A stretch of 64,000 nucleotides of DNA from Antedon mediterranea (Eukaryota; Animalia; Echinodermata), in assembly GCF_964355755.1 (NCBI RefSeq), contig NC_092678.1:18803365-18867364 (forward strand), in the 5' to 3' direction. The notes beneath the pieces were generated by a model. That model worked only from the letters and a program-made list of their open reading frames with translations. It was not told the origin of the DNA and made no database searches. Positions 62,626 through 64,000 of the stretch are shown one piece after another (the stretch's first letter is position 1; each line of letters begins with the position of its first letter). Made by a program: the position numbers and the translations under genes.

Positions 62626-62946
62626 ATGAGACAATGAGACACGATAATCTTAAAATAACTAATAACTAATAAAAGATAACTTACGATCAAAATAATTAAG
62701 GTTAAAATGTCGCAATAAACCAATAAAACGATTATTACAAAAATAAAATTTACAACAATTACGGAACCAGATGAGTAAGGTGCGTTTTAAACTTTGAAAT
62801 AATGTGTATACATTACCGTTTATCTTATTCATCATCACCTTCTAAACTTGTCTAAATCAATTGTTGATATTTTCTAAAACGGTCTACCATTGCAGGCTTA
62901 TTCTCAAAAGATTAAACTAGTTTGGCTTTAATTATTTAATTATTAG

Positions 62947-63138
62947 CTACAAGATGTAACACACCACCAACTATAATTACCAACGGAATAGTAGTAGGAT
63001 CTGGAATTTCTGAGAATACCGACATTGGTATATATTGCAATAAGGATTTTCATATTCCATATACTATGGATGACAGACAGGTCAGTGTTTGCTTAGAGGG
63101 TCAGTGGGTTCCAGCAATACCTAGAGGATGCATCAAAC
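62947..63138 (+). CDS. Host gene exon: sushi/CCP domain 3
   Basis: TAG| ... C|GTAAGT, 192 nt, phase 1-1. TRCNTPPTIITNG...IYCNKDF...VCLEGQWVPAIPRGC. Not in the ORF track. Confidence 0.9.
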
Positions 63139-63719
63139 GTAAGTGACACTACACTTTCACCTTTTATTTCGAAACAGATCTTGCAATGATGACGTTTAAA
63201 AATAAATCCTACTCTATAAATCTCACAGGCGGCAATCATAATATTTTGAGTCACGTAAACACAAACACCAAAATAAATGTTAAAAAAAAAATCATCATTA
63301 TTTTAAATAATTGTTTTTAAATAAGATTCAAACTACAACCGTTCTGTCATGTTATCATAATTTTAATGAATGAAATGAAAAATAAAGAAAATTCAGTCAA
63401 AAAGTGTAGGCCAATAGTAATTTGAGTTCACATTTATAAATCAGGTGTAATTTCCATCTACACATTATAGCATTAACCCCCAGCCTTGTTTTATTCTTAC
63501 GTCATTTATATATTCGGTTATGTAAAGACGTAAATTTATTTATTATCTATTTATTCATTCCATCTTCTACAGATTAATACAATAATTGAATACTTCTGCA
63601 ATAATAATAATAATAACTATTTCATTGTTATTCTCACTTGTTTTGTTTTTGTTTATTTTTTTTTTGCTTATTTTTTCTCCATTATGTGATATGATCAGAA
63701 ACAATTTAATCAATGTTTT

Positions 63720-64000
63720 AAGTCTAGTAGTTCACTATGTCGGTCGGTTGGTCTGTCGGTCTGGCGGTATGTCGGTCTGTCTGTCGGTGCGGTATCACTA
63801 TGCGTTTTATCGCTTTTCTGTACTTTTTGAACTGTTTTGATGTACAGACAAGGAATGTTTAGTAAATCTCAAAATCACACCTGTATCACTCACCTTCAAA
63901 GTATGCAAATTATTAGTACAAGTTACATGAAATATGCAAATTAGGGGGTGAAATTACAGGTTCCTATATGTATCGAAAACCGCTAAGGTAGAGAGTTTAT
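63720..64000 (-). mobile_element. Probable HINE/DINE-1-like element running off the window end
   Basis: (GTCG/GTCT)n microsatellite followed by ATATGCAAATTA repeats. Confidence 0.4.

Noticed and set aside
62386-62723. Asp-, His- and Ser-rich ORFs on both strands
   Set aside because: Translations of a (GAT)n microsatellite inside an intron.

Overview
AT-rich animal genomic DNA. The repeat content and TAGGCCTA-rich tracts suggest an invertebrate deuterostome, possibly a crinoid echinoderm (inference only). One host gene is on the + strand: a signal-peptide exon (ATG 18681, donor after 18738) is phase-compatible with four phase-1 exons at 55241-63138 encoding sushi/CCP-Ig-sushi-sushi, an architecture resembling Hikaru genki/LEV-9. 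The gene probably continues past the window. The inferred 36.5-kb intron is a nest of transposons: (1) a PHIS/Harbinger-superfamily element with ATT TSD, dead transposase, an intact 3-exon Myb/SANT gene and an inverted copy of that gene's exon 2; (2) a full Gmr1-type Gypsy element (INT before RT, 132-bp LTR, CAAT TSD) whose 5' LTR is split by two LINEs; (3) a type I hammerhead ribozyme abutting that LTR; (4) a transposase-less Harbinger with TAA TSD; (5) a near-identical 8.37-kb tandem duplication; (6) Helentron-like elements carrying tRNA-Val-like sequences; (7) a CR1 interrupted by a CAG-TSD element. Bases 1-15.5 kb are an old shuffled segmental duplication with TTAA-TSD insertions and LINE fossils. 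A later intron holds Penelope-like terminal repeats with a minimal hammerhead. All calls were made by eye, without database searches.
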